A stretch of DNA of 64,000 nt from an uncultured Beijerinckiaceae bacterium (GCA_964244495.1 CAXTIU010000011.1:69782-133781), one strand, 5' to 3'. Shown: positions 1 to 10,518, numbered from the stretch's first letter. Program-made: numbers and translations. The notes: generated by a model not told the origin, from the letters alone.

Positions 1-33
1 CATAAGCTGTTCGCGTCGGGGGCTGGGCTTACC

Positions 34-678
34 TCAGCGCGGGTAGTCCGACTGGTTGCTGGCCTTGGCCTTGGCGAAGGCGGGCTGGTCCCGGCACGCC
101 GCCACGATCCTGTCGACGGTCGGGATGCCGGGGACGGCGATCTTGAAGCCCTCCGCCCCGACCGCCAGCCCCACGAGGCAGATGTCGGCGATCGTCACGC
201 CGTCGCCGTGGCAGGCGCTGCTGCCGGTCGCCGGCTCGCGCGAGAGCCTTGCCTCGTAGCCCTGCAGGCCGGCCGTGAACCATTGCGTCTGCCAGGCCTT
301 CCACCGCGCGGCGTCGAAGCCCGCGTGCTCGGTGAGGTAGGCCTTGATGCGCGGGACGATGAGCGGATGGGTGTCGCTGGCCGCGATGGCGGCCAGCGAG
401 CGCACCCTGGCGCGTCCGATCGGGTCGGTCGGGAGGAGTGCCGGCTCGGGATGCGTTTCCTCGATGTATTCGAGGATCGCCAGCGACTGGACCAGCGGCG
501 CGCCGTCCACCATCAGCGCGGGAACGGCGCCGAGCGGGTTGACGTGGCGGAAGTCCGGCGCGTTCTGCGCGCCGGCGTCGAGGTCGATCGGGATCTCGCG
601 GTAGTCGATCCCTTTGAGGTTGAGGGCGACGCGCAGGCGGAAGGTCGCCTGCGAGCGCCAGAAGCCGTACATGTCCAT
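34..678 (-). CDS. maiA: Maleylacetoacetate isomerase (zeta-class glutathione S-transferase)
   Basis: N-terminus YGFWRSQATFRLRVALNLKG, NPLGAVP, QSLAILEYIEE and DTHPLIVPR match the GST-zeta/MaiA pattern. Confidence 0.88.
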   Translation of the reverse strand: MDMYGFWRSQATFRLRVALNLKGIDYREIPIDLDAGAQNAPDFRHVNPLGAVPALMVDGAPLVQSLAILEYIEETHPEPALLPTDPIGRARVRSLAAIAASDTHPLIVPRIKAYLTEHAGFDAARWKAWQTQWFTAGLQGYEARLSREPATGSSACHGDGVTIADICLVGLAVGAEGFKIAVPGIPTVDRIVAACRDQPAFAKAKASNQSDYPR

Positions 679-713
679 GCTTGATCACCTTCGGCCCGAG
701 AACCCGCGCGCGA

Positions 714-1154
714 TCAGGCGTCGCGGTAGACCCGCTCCCGCCGCTCGTGACGTTCCTGCGCCTCCACCGACAGCGTCGCGATCGGCCTGGCATCGAGCCG
801 CTTGAGGGAGATAGGCTCGCCGGTCTCCTCGCAGAAGCCGTAGGAACCGTCGTCGATCCGGCCCAGCGCCGCCTCGATCTTGGCGATCAGCTTGCGCTGG
901 CGGTCGCGGGCGCGCAGTTCGATCGCCCGGTCGGTCTCGGAGGAGGCGCGGTCGGCGAAATCGGGATGGTTCTCGTTCTCGCTCTGCAGGGCCGCCAGGG
1001 TGTCGCGGCTCTCGCGAAGCAGGTCCTCGCGCCAGCGGATCAGCTTGCGACGGAAGAAGTCGCGCTGCCGCTCGTTCATGAACGGCTCGTCGTCGGACGG
1101 CCGGTAGGTGTCGTCGATGAGCTGCGCGTCCACGCCTTGAGTCCCCGCACTCAA
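714..1154 (-). CDS. dksA: RNA polymerase-binding protein DksA (single-Cys alphaproteobacterial type)
   Basis: Coiled-coil tip DFADRA and C-terminal GSYGFCEETGEPISLKRLDARPIATL. The true start may be the GTG at 1133. Confidence 0.95.
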   Translation of the reverse strand: MSAGTQGVDAQLIDDTYRPSDDEPFMNERQRDFFRRKLIRWREDLLRESRDTLAALQSENENHPDFADRASSETDRAIELRARDRQRKLIAKIEAALGRIDDGSYGFCEETGEPISLKRLDARPIATLSVEAQERHERRERVYRDA

Positions 1155-1164
1155 AATCGACGCC

Positions 1165-1193
1165 CTTATAGCGAGACGCGCGCCAAGTCACAA
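1165..1193 (-). promoter_or_regulatory. Putative sigma70 promoter of dksA
   Basis: Minus strand reads TTGTGA-17 nt-TATAAG just upstream of the gene. Confidence 0.6.
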
Positions 1194-1252
1194 TTGGCGC
1201 GCGCTGTTTGTCGCGACCCTGTTGCCGGAACGCGGCAAGGCGGGGAAATCGA

Positions 1253-2488
1253 TTATTGCGCCGCCGCCATCTTGCCCTCGCCCATGGCGGCGCGCAGGTT
1301 GGCGTCGACCTTGTCGAGGAAGCCGCCGGTGGACAGCCAGCGCTGGTCGGGGCCGACCAGCAGGGCGAGGTCCTTGGTCATGAAGCCGGCTTCCACCGTG
1401 TCGACGCAGACGCGCTCCAGCGTCTCGGCGAACGTTCGCAGCGCCGCGTTGTCGTCGAGCTTGGCGCGGTGCAGCAGGCCGCGCGTCCAGGCGAAGATGG
1501 ACGCGATCGAGTTGGTGGACGTTTCCTTGCCGGCCTGGTGCTGGCGGTAGTGCCGGGTCACGGTGCCGTGCGCGGCTTCCGCCTCCACCGTCTGGCCGTC
1601 GGGGGTCATCAGGACGGAGGTCATCAGGCCGAGCGACCCGTAGCCCTGCGCCACCGTGTCGGACTGGACGTCGCCGTCGTAGTTCTTGCAGGCCCACACG
1701 TAGCCGCCCGACCACTTCATCGCGCAGGCCACCATGTCGTCGATGAGCCGGTGCTCGTAGGTGAGGCCGGCGGCGGCGAACTTCGCCTTGAACTCGTTCT
1801 GGTACACCTCCTCGAAGATGTCCTTGAACTTGCCGTCGTAGATCTTGAGGATCGTGTTCTTGGTGGAGAGGTAGACGGGGTAGTTGCGGTTCAGGCCGTA
1901 GTTCATCGAGGCGCGGGCGAAGTCGCGGATCGAGTCGTCGAGGTTGTACATCGACATGGCGACGCCGGCGCCCTTGAACTGGAACACCTCCTTGTCGATC
2001 ACTTGGCCGTCCTCGCCCTCGAAGCGCAGCGTCAGGCGGCCCTTGCCCGGCACGCGGATCATGGTCGCCCGGTACTGGTCGCCGTAGGCGTGGCGGCCGA
2101 TGACGATCGGCTGCGTCCAGCCCGGCACCAGGCGCGGCACGTTGCGGCAGATGATCGGCTCGCGGAAGATGACGCCGCCGATGATGTTGCGGATCGTCCC
2201 GTTGGGCGAGCGCCACATCTCCTTCAGCTTGAATTCCTCGACGCGGGCCTCGTCGGGCGTGATGGTGGCGCATTTCACGCCGACGCCGTGGCGCTTGATG
2301 GCCTCGGCCGCCTCCACGGTCACCTGGTCGTCGGTGGCGTCGCGGTTCTCGACGGACAGGTCGTAATAGTCGAGGTCGATGTCGAGGTAGGGGTGGATCA
2401 GCTTCTGGCGGATGTCGTGCCAGATGATCCGGGTCATCTCGTCGCCGTCGAGTTCCGCGACCGGTTTCGCCACCTTGATCTTGTTCAT
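1253..2488 (-). CDS. icd: NADP-dependent isocitrate dehydrogenase
   Basis: [36 protein letters not shown] and [12 protein letters not shown] motifs. Confidence 0.97.
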   Translation of the reverse strand: MNKIKVAKPVAELDGDEMTRIIWHDIRQKLIHPYLDIDLDYYDLSVENRDATDDQVTVEAAEAIKRHGVGVKCATITPDEARVEEFKLKEMWRSPNGTIRNIIGGVIFREPIICRNVPRLVPGWTQPIVIGRHAYGDQYRATMIRVPGKGRLTLRFEGEDGQVIDKEVFQFKGAGVAMSMYNLDDSIRDFARASMNYGLNRNYPVYLSTKNTILKIYDGKFKDIFEEVYQNEFKAKFAAAGLTYEHRLIDDMVACAMKWSGGYVWACKNYDGDVQSDTVAQGYGSLGLMTSVLMTPDGQTVEAEAAHGTVTRHYRQHQAGKETSTNSIASIFAWTRGLLHRAKLDDNAALRTFAETLERVCVDTVEAGFMTKDLALLVGPDQRWLSTGGFLDKVDANLRAAMGEGKMAAAQ

Positions 2489-2661
2489 CGCCGAGATGCC
2501 TCCTCATGCTTCGCGTGGGGACGGTGCATGGGACACTGCCGCCCGCGCCATGGCCCGTCCGAGGTTTTGGCCTATATCAGGCCCCATGACCTATCAAGGC
2601 CGCCCTTGGCACAAGATGGTGCGACGCTGATCGAGGCCTCGGCCAAGCGGCGGGACCCGCC

Positions 2662-3480
2662 GTGACGGGGGCCGGCACGGATCGGACGAAACGCCGCCTG
2701 GCCGGCGGGCCGGCCGTCATCCTGGTGCGCCCGCAACTCGCCGTCAACGTCGGCATGTGCGCCCGCGCGATGGCCAACTTCGGCCTGTCCGACCTGCGGC
2801 TGGTGGATCCGAAGGAGGGCTGGCCGCGCGTCGGCCCCCACGCCGACACCGCCGCGGCGGCGGCGGCCGGCGCGTCCCACCTCCTGGAGGCGGCGCGGCT
2901 CTTCGCGAGCGTGGAGGAGGCGGTGGCCGACCTCAACTTCGTGTGGGCGACCACCGCGCGGGAGCGCGGGCAGGCCAAGCGCGTCGCCGTGCCCGCCGAA
3001 GCGATGCCCGAGGCCGTGCGCGCCCTCGCGCGAGGCGAGCGCCACGGCATCCTGTTCGGCCCCGAGCGGACCGGGCTCGACAACGACGCGGTCGCGCTGG
3101 CCGACGCGGTGGTGACGTTCCCGGTCAACCCGGCCTACGCCTCGCTGAACTTGGCGCAGGCCGTGCTGCTGATGGGCTACGAATGGATGCGGGCGAGCGG
3201 GACCTCGGCCGCCCCCTTCGACCTCGTCGAGCGCTCGCCGCCGGCGCCGCGCGCGATGGTCGTCTCCTTCTTCGCCTACCTCGAAGGCGAGTTGGAGAAG
3301 GCCGGCTACTTCCGCCCGGTCGGCAAGGCGCCGGTGATGCGCCGCAACCTGCGCAACATCCTCCATCGCCTGACGATGAGCGAGCAGGACGTGCGGACCC
3401 TGCGCGGCGCGCTGGTGCGGCTGGTGGAGGGGCCGAGGACACCGACGGATGGCAAGGACGCGGCGGACGAGGCACGGTGA
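2662..3480 (+). CDS. SPOUT RNA methyltransferase, TrmJ/LasT family
   Basis: ILVRPQ..NVG..ARAMANFGL, LFGPERTGLDN and SLNLAQAV SPOUT motifs. Confidence 0.9.
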   Translation: MTGAGTDRTKRRLAGGPAVILVRPQLAVNVGMCARAMANFGLSDLRLVDPKEGWPRVGPHADTAAAAAAGASHLLEAARLFASVEEAVADLNFVWATTARERGQAKRVAVPAEAMPEAVRALARGERHGILFGPERTGLDNDAVALADAVVTFPVNPAYASLNLAQAVLLMGYEWMRASGTSAAPFDLVERSPPAPRAMVVSFFAYLEGELEKAGYFRPVGKAPVMRRNLRNILHRLTMSEQDVRTLRGALVRLVEGPRTPTDGKDAADEAR

Positions 3481-3485
3481 TCGAC

Positions 3486-3528
3486 CCCTGCGTTCCGGGT
3501 TCGCCTGCGGCGCCCCGGAACGGCAGGG
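3486..3528. repeat. REP-like palindromic half element between convergent genes (possible terminator)
   Basis: CCCTGCGTTCCGGG-TTCGCCTGCGGCGC-CCCGGAACGGCAGGG forms a hairpin and resembles the element at 19949. Confidence 0.6.
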
Positions 3529-3550
3529 CTGGCGGCAACTCCGCAGTCGC

Positions 3551-4996
3551 CTACGCCGCCGCCGAGAGCGGCTCCGATATGTCCTCCAGCGAGCGGCCCT
3601 CGGCGGCGACGCCCCACACCGCTTCCAGCACGGCCGCGCCGATCATCAGGGCGGCGGCGAAGACGTAGCCGCCGAACAGCGCCCATTTCGAGTGCGTGCC
3701 GATCAGCGCGGAGAAGGCGAAGGGCGCGGCCACACCGCCGATCGCCGTGCCGAAGGCGTAGAAGATCGCGATGGCGAGCGCCCGGATCTCGACCGGGAAC
3801 ACCTCGCTGACGGTGAGGTAGGCGGCGCCCGCCGCCGACGAGGCGAAGAAGAAGATCACCGCCCAGGCGACGACCTGCCCCGTCGCGCTCAACGCGCCGG
3901 TCGCGAACAGCCAACCGGAGGCGACGAGCAGGATGCCGGAGATCGCGTAGGTGCCGGCGATCATCGGCTTGCGGCCGATCTTGTCGAACAGCGGCCCGAG
4001 GATCAGCGGCCCCAAGGCGTTGCCGATCGCGAACGGCAGCATGTACCAGCCGACGTGCTGGATCCGCACGTGGTAGTACACCTCGAGCACCTGGGAGAAG
4101 GTGAAGAAGATCGCGTTGTAGAAGAAGGCCTGCGCCGCCATCAGGGCCAAGCCGACGATCGCCCGCTCGCGGTTCTTGACGAAGATCGTCGAGAACACGA
4201 CGCGCAACGGCGTGTGGTCGCGCGCGTGGATCGTCATCGGCTTGAGCGTGTCCCGCGGAGGGACCGTGCCGCCGTGCTCCCTCATGTGCGCCTCGATGTC
4301 GCCCATCACCGCCTCCGCCTCGCTCTCGCGGCCGTGGATCACCAGCCAACGCGGGCTCTCTGGGATGAAGGTGCGCAGGAACACGATGCCGATCGACAGC
4401 GTCGACCCCACGAGGAAGACGAGCCGCCAGCCGTATCGGGCGGGGACCATCGCCGGATCGAGGAACACCAGCGAGGCGGCCGCGCCGACCGCGCCGCCGA
4501 TCCAGAACGAGCCGTTGATGGCGAGGTCGGTGCGGCCCCTGAAGCGGGCCGGGATGAACTCCTGGATGGTCGAGTTGACCGCCGCGTACTCGCCGCCGAT
4601 GCCGGCCCCGGTCAGGAAGCGGAACAGGCCGTAGCTCCCGATGTCCCAGGAGAACGCCGTGGCGGCGGTGGCGACGAGGTACAGGCCGAGCGTGCAGAAG
4701 AACAGCACGCGGCGCCCGAGCCGGTCCGTCGCCCAGCCGAAGCCGAGCGCCCCGATCACCGCGCCGGCGAGGTAGAAGCTGTTGCCGATGCCGACCTCCG
4801 TGTCGGTGAAGCGCAGGGTGGGGTCCGCCTTGAGGGCGCCGGAGATCAGGCCGGCGAAGGTCACCTCCAGCCCGTCGAGGATCCAGGTGATACCCAGCGC
4901 CGCGATGACGAGCGTGTGGAAACGGCCCCATTGGAGCGTGTCGAGCCGGGCGGGCACACGGGTCTCGATGGTCTTCTCCGCGACTGTTCCGCTCAT
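3551..4996 (-). CDS. MFS transporter
   Basis: About 12 hydrophobic segments; WATDRLGRR, GAGIGGEY and PESPRWL motifs. Confidence 0.92.
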   Translation of the reverse strand: MSGTVAEKTIETRVPARLDTLQWGRFHTLVIAALGITWILDGLEVTFAGLISGALKADPTLRFTDTEVGIGNSFYLAGAVIGALGFGWATDRLGRRVLFFCTLGLYLVATAATAFSWDIGSYGLFRFLTGAGIGGEYAAVNSTIQEFIPARFRGRTDLAINGSFWIGGAVGAAASLVFLDPAMVPARYGWRLVFLVGSTLSIGIVFLRTFIPESPRWLVIHGRESEAEAVMGDIEAHMREHGGTVPPRDTLKPMTIHARDHTPLRVVFSTIFVKNRERAIVGLALMAAQAFFYNAIFFTFSQVLEVYYHVRIQHVGWYMLPFAIGNALGPLILGPLFDKIGRKPMIAGTYAISGILLVASGWLFATGALSATGQVVAWAVIFFFASSAAGAAYLTVSEVFPVEIRALAIAIFYAFGTAIGGVAAPFAFSALIGTHSKWALFGGYVFAAALMIGAAVLEAVWGVAAEGRSLEDISEPLSAAA

Positions 4997-5180
4997 GTCC
5001 GCCCGTTCCCGACCACAACGCCTCCCGCTTGACCACAGCGACGGCGCGGGTGCAATTCGCCGAAGGGTCGCCGCACGGGTGCGGCTGGAGCGGCCGGCTC
5101 CCCGGAGCCCGCCGGCGCGTGTGGCCGAGCGCGAGGCGTGATGGCGGAAACCAAGCCTTTGTTAACGCTCCGGTGCTTGG

Positions 5181-6128
5181 GTGGCGCTCATGTCGGTCGA
5201 TCTCACGGCGGGAATCAACACCAGGCCTCCGCCACGCGATCGGGGACGTGACGGCATGGTCTTTCCCCGGGCCGCCGCCTCGATGCCGGCGGAGCGCGCG
5301 CCGGCCGGCGAATGTCCAGCGCCGAAGATCCTGGTGTTCGATTCGGGGCTCGGCGGCCTGACGGTGCTGTGCGAGGTCGCGAAGGCGCGGCCCGACGCGC
5401 GCCTCTTCTACGCCGCCGACGATGCCGGCTTTCCCTACGGCGCCTGGAGCGAGCCGGCCCTCGTCGCCCGCGTGGTGGACGTGATGGGCGGCCTCATCGC
5501 CGACGTCGCGCCGGACGCCGTCGTTATCGCCTGCAACACCGCCTCGACCCTGGTGCTGCCCGATCTGCGCGCGGCCTTCCCCGGCGTGCCCTTCATCGGC
5601 ACCGTCCCGGCGATCAAGCCGGCGGCGGCGCAATCCCGGTCGAGGATGATCGCCGTGCTCGCCACGCCCGGCACCGTGGCCCGCGACTACACCCGCGCGC
5701 TGATCGACAGCTTCGCCGCCGATTGCGCGGTGACGCTGGTCGGCTCGACCCGCCTCGCCACGCTGGCCGAGGCGGCCATGGCCGGCGCTCCCGTCCCCGA
5801 CGACGCGGTCGCCGCCGAGATCGCGCCCTGCTTCGTGCGGCGCGGCGGGAGCGGGACCGACGCGGTCGTGCTCGCCTGCACGCATTACCCGCTGCTGCTC
5901 GCCCGGTTCCGGCGGCTCGCGCCGTGGCCGGTGGCCTGGATCAACCCGGCGCCGGCGATCGCGCGGCGGGTCGACCATGTCCTGAGCGAGGTAGTCGGGC
6001 TGCCCCGCACGGCTCGCGCCGCGGTCGCGGGCGTCGCCCTGTTCACGAGCGGCAAGCCGCAGCGTGCCCCGATCATCGACGCGCTCGGGCGTTACGGTCT
6101 GCGGACCTGTCCCGACCGGCGGTCCTGA
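5181..6128 (+). CDS. murI: Glutamate racemase
   Basis: VFDSGLGGLTV, VIACNTAS, VPAIKPAA and VLACTHYP. The start is uncertain (5181, 5190 or later). Confidence 0.95.
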   Translation: MALMSVDLTAGINTRPPPRDRGRDGMVFPRAAASMPAERAPAGECPAPKILVFDSGLGGLTVLCEVAKARPDARLFYAADDAGFPYGAWSEPALVARVVDVMGGLIADVAPDAVVIACNTASTLVLPDLRAAFPGVPFIGTVPAIKPAAAQSRSRMIAVLATPGTVARDYTRALIDSFAADCAVTLVGSTRLATLAEAAMAGAPVPDDAVAAEIAPCFVRRGGSGTDAVVLACTHYPLLLARFRRLAPWPVAWINPAPAIARRVDHVLSEVVGLPRTARAAVAGVALFTSGKPQRAPIIDALGRYGLRTCPDRRS

Positions 6129-6146
6129 AACGGGTTGACCCGACCG

Positions 6147-6746
6147 CTATTCCACGGTCTCGTTGGGGTAGACGCCCCAAAGGTCGGTCTGCTTGACGAA
6201 GCCGTCGAAGCCGTCGCCGTTGACCCGGCACCAGGTCTTGTCGCACGAGCGGATGTTGGCGAGGACGTTGGGCTCCAACCGGGCGACGGGGTTGGCGTCG
6301 GCGTCCGGCTTCCTGAACACGACGACCGCCGGCCCGTCCTTCTTCCAGGGCGTGACGAGGCCGGTGCGGCGGCCCGACAGCAGCGAGTGCAGCACCCAGC
6401 CCTCCGACCCTTCCGAGTCGCGGATCTTGCGCCACGTCTCGAACTCCGCCGTGATCTCGACCGGCAAGCCGGCGCGCTCGAAGATCCACGTCGTGCGATG
6501 ATCCTTCGAGGGACCCTCGCGCAGGTTCACCCGGTCCGACTTCAGGCTGACGTAGCGCGGCATCGGCAAGCCGCTCACCGCGCCGGTCGCGTCGGCCGCC
6601 ACCGGTCCCGCCCCGAGCACCGCCAGCGCGACGCTCAAGCAAGCGGCGCCCCGGAGGCCGGGGGCACGTCCGGACCGTCGGGTGCGGCGCGACGCCGTGG
6701 CAGTCCCCGCGTTCGTGAGAGTCGCGGCCGTGGAACCCGTCCCCAT
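6147..6746 (-). CDS. Secreted tandem SH3-domain protein
   Basis: Signal-like hydrophobic segment, then PRYVSLKSDRVNLREGP...WRKIRDSEG.EGWV and a second SH3-like repeat ending WGVYPNE. Confidence 0.85.
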   Translation of the reverse strand: MGTGSTAATLTNAGTATASRRTRRSGRAPGLRGAACLSVALAVLGAGPVAADATGAVSGLPMPRYVSLKSDRVNLREGPSKDHRTTWIFERAGLPVEITAEFETWRKIRDSEGSEGWVLHSLLSGRRTGLVTPWKKDGPAVVVFRKPDADANPVARLEPNVLANIRSCDKTWCRVNGDGFDGFVKQTDLWGVYPNETVE

Positions 6747-6921
6747 GAAACCCGTCGCTCCCGCTTCGATCCGTGCGCGGTCCGCGCTCCTTGTTTTCGG
6801 GCCGCCATCTGCTAGGAAGGCCAGGGCCGAGCACGCCGCTTTATCCTTGATGGCGTGGTAGCATTAAGACGGGGTGAAGGCCGAGCCTTTTCCGCCCGGC
6901 CCCTGATCCCGGGACCGTCCG

Positions 6922-7917
6922 ATGACCAAGAAGAAACCGCTCGTCGTCATCGCCCGCCGACTCCCCGAGCGGATCGAGACCCGGATGTGCGAGCTGTTCG
7001 ACACCCGGCTCAACGTCGACGACCAGCCGATGACGCGCGCGCAGCTCGTCGACGTCCTCAGGACGGCGGACGTGATCGTGCCCACCATCGTCGACCGGCT
7101 CGACGCCGACCTGATCCGCGAGGCCGGCCCGCAGCTCAAGCTGATCGCCAATTTCGGCAACGGCGTCGACAACATCGCGGTCGGCGCGGCGCTGGAACGG
7201 GGGATCACCGTCACCAACACGCCGGGCGTCCTGACGGAGGACACCGCCGACATGACCATGGCTTTGATCCTCGCCGTGGCCCGCCGCATCGTGGAAGGGG
7301 CGGGCGCGATCCCCGCCAACGAGTGGCCCGGCTGGGCGCCGACCTGGATGCTGGGACGCCGGATCACCGGCAAGCGCCTCGGCATCGTCGGCATGGGCCG
7401 CATCGGCCAGGCCGTCGCCCGGCGCGCCCGCGCCTTCGGGCTGCAGATCCACTACCACAACCGCCGGCGCCTGGGCCTTCTGGCGGAGGAGAAGCTGGAA
7501 GCGACCTACTGGGACTCGCTCGACCAGATGCTGGCGCGCATGGACATCGTGTCCATCAACTGCCCGCACACGCCGGCGACCTACCATCTCCTGTCGGCGC
7601 GCCGCCTCAAGTACCTGCGGCCGGAGGCGTTGCTCATCAACACGGCGCGCGGCGAGGTCATCGACGAGGCCGCGCTGACCCGGATGCTGGAGGCGGGCGA
7701 ACTCGCCGGGGCGGGGCTCGACGTGTTCGAGCAGGAGCCTTCGGTCTCGCCCCGGCTCATCAAGCTCGCCCAAACCGGCAAGGTGACTTTGCTGCCGCAC
7801 ATGGGCTCGGCCACCACCGAGAGCCGCATGGACATGGGCGAGAAGGTCATCATCAACGTCAAGGCGTTCTGGGACGGCCACCGCCCACCCGATCGGATCC
7901 TGGCGAGCATGCTTTGA
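6922..7917 (+). CDS. D-isomer-specific 2-hydroxyacid dehydrogenase (glyoxylate/hydroxypyruvate reductase-like)
   Basis: TNTPGVLTEDTAD, GIVGMGRIG, INTARG, LDVFEQEP and LPHMGS. Confidence 0.92.
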   Translation: MTKKKPLVVIARRLPERIETRMCELFDTRLNVDDQPMTRAQLVDVLRTADVIVPTIVDRLDADLIREAGPQLKLIANFGNGVDNIAVGAALERGITVTNTPGVLTEDTADMTMALILAVARRIVEGAGAIPANEWPGWAPTWMLGRRITGKRLGIVGMGRIGQAVARRARAFGLQIHYHNRRRLGLLAEEKLEATYWDSLDQMLARMDIVSINCPHTPATYHLLSARRLKYLRPEALLINTARGEVIDEAALTRMLEAGELAGAGLDVFEQEPSVSPRLIKLAQTGKVTLLPHMGSATTESRMDMGEKVIINVKAFWDGHRPPDRILASML

Positions 7918-7920
7918 GGA

Positions 7921-8565
7921 TCAGTCGCTCCGGTCACCACCGGCGTGAAGCGGCGCGCGTGGCGCCTGGTGCGCCATCGCCGGCAGCGGCTTGGCCTTGC
8001 CTCGGGCGAGCCATTGCCGTCGGTCCAGGCTGAAGAAGTCGCATGGATGCAGCCCGCCACGCGCCGGCAGGTTCTTGAGCCCGGTCTCCAGGTGCGTGAA
8101 GCCGCACTTTTCCAGCACCCGCCGCGAGGCGGGATTGCCGACCCGGCTTGTCGCCGTCGCGACACGTGCCTCGGACAGGTTGAACACCGCGTCCAGCAAC
8201 GTCCCCGTCGCCTCCGTGGCGTAACCGCGCCCGGTCTGCGCCGGTGAGATCAGGTAGCCGATCTCGACCTCGTGCAGGCCGACCGCCTGCGCGCTGGCAA
8301 GGCCGATCAGCGTGCGCACCTTGTTCTTGGTGGTGACGCCGAGGATCAGGGCGTTGCCGGCCGCCGTCACGGCGCGCGCGTTGAGGGTGAAGCGGTCGCC
8401 TTCCCCGGGCGGATAGGGGTAGGGAATGGACGCGGTCATCTGCGCCACCGACGCGAGGCTGACGAAAGCGGCGAGCGGCTGTGCGTCGGACGCGCGGAGC
8501 CAGCGCAGCCACAGCCGCGCGGTTTCGAGGCGAAAGATGTCGTCGCGGGTGATGTCCGGGAACAT
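7921..8565 (-). CDS. GNAT N-acetyltransferase, RimJ/RimL family
   Basis: LETARLWLR, EIGYLI..GRGYATEA and N.ASRRVLEKCGF; the usual position downstream of rpmA. Confidence 0.88.
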   Translation of the reverse strand: MFPDITRDDIFRLETARLWLRWLRASDAQPLAAFVSLASVAQMTASIPYPYPPGEGDRFTLNARAVTAAGNALILGVTTKNKVRTLIGLASAQAVGLHEVEIGYLISPAQTGRGYATEATGTLLDAVFNLSEARVATATSRVGNPASRRVLEKCGFTHLETGLKNLPARGGLHPCDFFSLDRRQWLARGKAKPLPAMAHQAPRAPLHAGGDRSD

Positions 8566-8686
8566 GGTGGGCGCTCAAGCCACGCGAGAAACGGCGCACC
8601 GGGAGCGGGCGTGGAGCGTACCAGCGTCCGCACGCCCGAGGAAGCGCCGGCCGGCGCGCGCCAGCGGGGGCGAGCCGGACCCGGTG

Positions 8687-8962
8687 CTACTCGGCCGCTT
8701 GGGCCCGCTCGGGCGTGACGACGGACACGAACGCCCGACCGTTGGCCTTGGTGGTGAACAACACCTTGCCTTCCGCCTTGGCGAACAGGGTATGGTCGGT
8801 GCCGATACCGACGTTGGCGCCGGGATGCCATGTCGTGCCGCGCTGCCGCACGATGATGTTGCCGCCGATCACATGCTCGCCGCCGAACTTCTTGACGCCG
8901 AGGCGACGTCCGGCCGAGTCGCGGCCGTTGCGGGATGAGCCGCCTGCCTTCTTATGTGCCAT
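8687..8962 (-). CDS. rpmA: 50S ribosomal protein L27
   Basis: [16 protein letters not shown]; start reassigned to the ATG at 8962. Confidence 0.98.
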   Translation of the reverse strand: MAHKKAGGSSRNGRDSAGRRLGVKKFGGEHVIGGNIIVRQRGTTWHPGANVGIGTDHTLFAKAEGKVLFTTKANGRAFVSVVTPERAQAAE

Positions 8963-9080
8963 CGTCCTGCTCCAAAGATCCGGGCACCGAACCCCTCGGC
9001 GCCACCCTCGATCGGCGCTCGCCGCCATCGCCTCGTCGACCGACGCCGAACTCCAGCGATGGACGCACGCCGTCCCGCGT

Positions 9081-9395
9081 TCAGCCGGCGATGACGTCCA
9101 GGATCTTGACCTGCGTCAGGTCCTGCCGGTGACCGCGCTTGCGTTTCGAATTCTGACGGCGGCGCTTCTTGAAGGCGATCACCTTCGGGCCGCGTTCATG
9201 CCCAACGATCTCGGCGACGACGCTGGCGCCCGGAAGGGTCGGGGCGCCGATGCTCGGCTCACCCTCGCCGACCAGCATCAGCACCTCGCCGAACGTCACC
9301 CTGTCGCCGGGCTCCCCATCGAGAGCCATGACCGTGATCTGGTCGTCGGCGGAAACGCGGTATTGCTTGCCGCCCGTCTTGATGACCGCGAACAT
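9081..9395 (-). CDS. rplU: 50S ribosomal protein L21
   Basis: [12 protein letters not shown]...KRKRGHRQ. Confidence 0.98.
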   Translation of the reverse strand: MFAVIKTGGKQYRVSADDQITVMALDGEPGDRVTFGEVLMLVGEGEPSIGAPTLPGASVVAEIVGHERGPKVIAFKKRRRQNSKRKRGHRQDLTQVKILDVIAG

Positions 9396-9498
9396 TGTAT
9401 CCTCATCGATCCGGACTCGTCGCTGGACGCGGCGGAACGGCTTCTTGATTTTTTGTGGAGCGCCCGCGCGGATGACCGCCCGGTCGAAGAGCGCGACA

Positions 9499-9525
9499 AC
9501 TATAAGGGAGGTTCCCGCTTGTCAA
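9499..9525 (-). promoter_or_regulatory. Possible sigma70 promoter of rplU-rpmA
   Basis: Minus strand TTGACA-15 nt-TATAGT; good hexamers but a short spacer. Confidence 0.4.
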
Positions 9526-9576
9526 TCGGGTCCCAGCCTCTCACGACCCGGCAACCCTCAGGCCTTGAGTGCGCTT

Positions 9577-10518
9577 TCAAGCGCCCAGACGCTGCTGACC
9601 CTGCTTGGCGATCGGGTTCTGGGGATCGAACACGAGCGCGCGCTGGTAGTTCTCGGCGGCCTTGCTGCGGTTGCCCTGCTTCTCGTAGGCGAGCCCGAGA
9701 CCGGCCCAGGCGCCGCTGTTCTTGTTGTTGACGTTGAGGGCGGCGTTGAAGTCCTCGATCGCCTTGGCGGGCTTGCCGATCGCCAGCAGGCTCTCGCCGC
9801 GCGCCTGATAGGGCGCGCCGTTGAAGGGATCGCGGTCGATGGCGTTGTCGAAATCGGTGATGGCGAGCGGCTGGTTACCCTCGCGCTGGTAGATCAAGCC
9901 ACGGGCGTGGAAGGCCTGGGCGCTCTCCGGATTGAGCCGGATCGCCTGGTCGAGGTCGTTCTTGGCCTCGTTGAGCTGCCCCTGCACGCGCTCGAGGTTG
10001 GCGCGCCCGAGATAGGCCGGCATGTGGTTCGGGTTGGCGGCGATCGCCCGGTTGAAGTCGGCCAGGGCGGCGTCGTTGCGGTTCATCTGGCGATAGGCCA
10101 AGGCGCGGTCGGTCAGCGCGGCGCTGCTGTTGGGATCGATCTGGATCGCGCGGGTGAAGTCGCCGACCGCGTTGTCGAACTGTCCGACCTTGGCGTAGGC
10201 GACGCCGCGCGTCGTCAGCGCCTCGACGCTCTGCGGGTTGCGATCGACGACATCCGTCAGCGAGGCGATGTTGGCGGAAGCGGCCTGCGGCGACTCGTTG
10301 GCGATCTCGGCGACCCCCGTGCCGGGCATGCCCGCCACGCCGCTCGTCGACCCGCAACCGCCGAGCGTCAGGGCGCCGCCGCACAGGACCAACGCCGCCA
10401 TCCCGTACCGCCAGGACCTCGCCGGTTCGGCCATCGTCCGCGCGGCAGGGGGCCACGCGACGCCCGCAGGTCCTGAAGCACAGGCGAGCCCCGAGGCGAA
10501 GGTGAGCGAAACGATCAT
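9577..10518 (-). CDS. Tetratricopeptide-repeat lipoprotein
   Basis: Lipobox LTLGGC followed by about 7 TPR repeats (A...RG..Y...G....A..DF..AI..DP). Alternative start at 10401. Confidence 0.88.
   Translation of the reverse strand: MIVSLTFASGLACASGPAGVAWPPAARTMAEPARSWRYGMAALVLCGGALTLGGCGSTSGVAGMPGTGVAEIANESPQAASANIASLTDVVDRNPQSVEALTTRGVAYAKVGQFDNAVGDFTRAIQIDPNSSAALTDRALAYRQMNRNDAALADFNRAIAANPNHMPAYLGRANLERVQGQLNEAKNDLDQAIRLNPESAQAFHARGLIYQREGNQPLAITDFDNAIDRDPFNGAPYQARGESLLAIGKPAKAIEDFNAALNVNNKNSGAWAGLGLAYEKQGNRSKAAENYQRALVFDPQNPIAKQGQQRLGA

Noticed and set aside
5149-5170. CCAA-N7-TTAAC upstream of murI as a CtrA site
   Set aside because: Only one good half-site; too weak to call.
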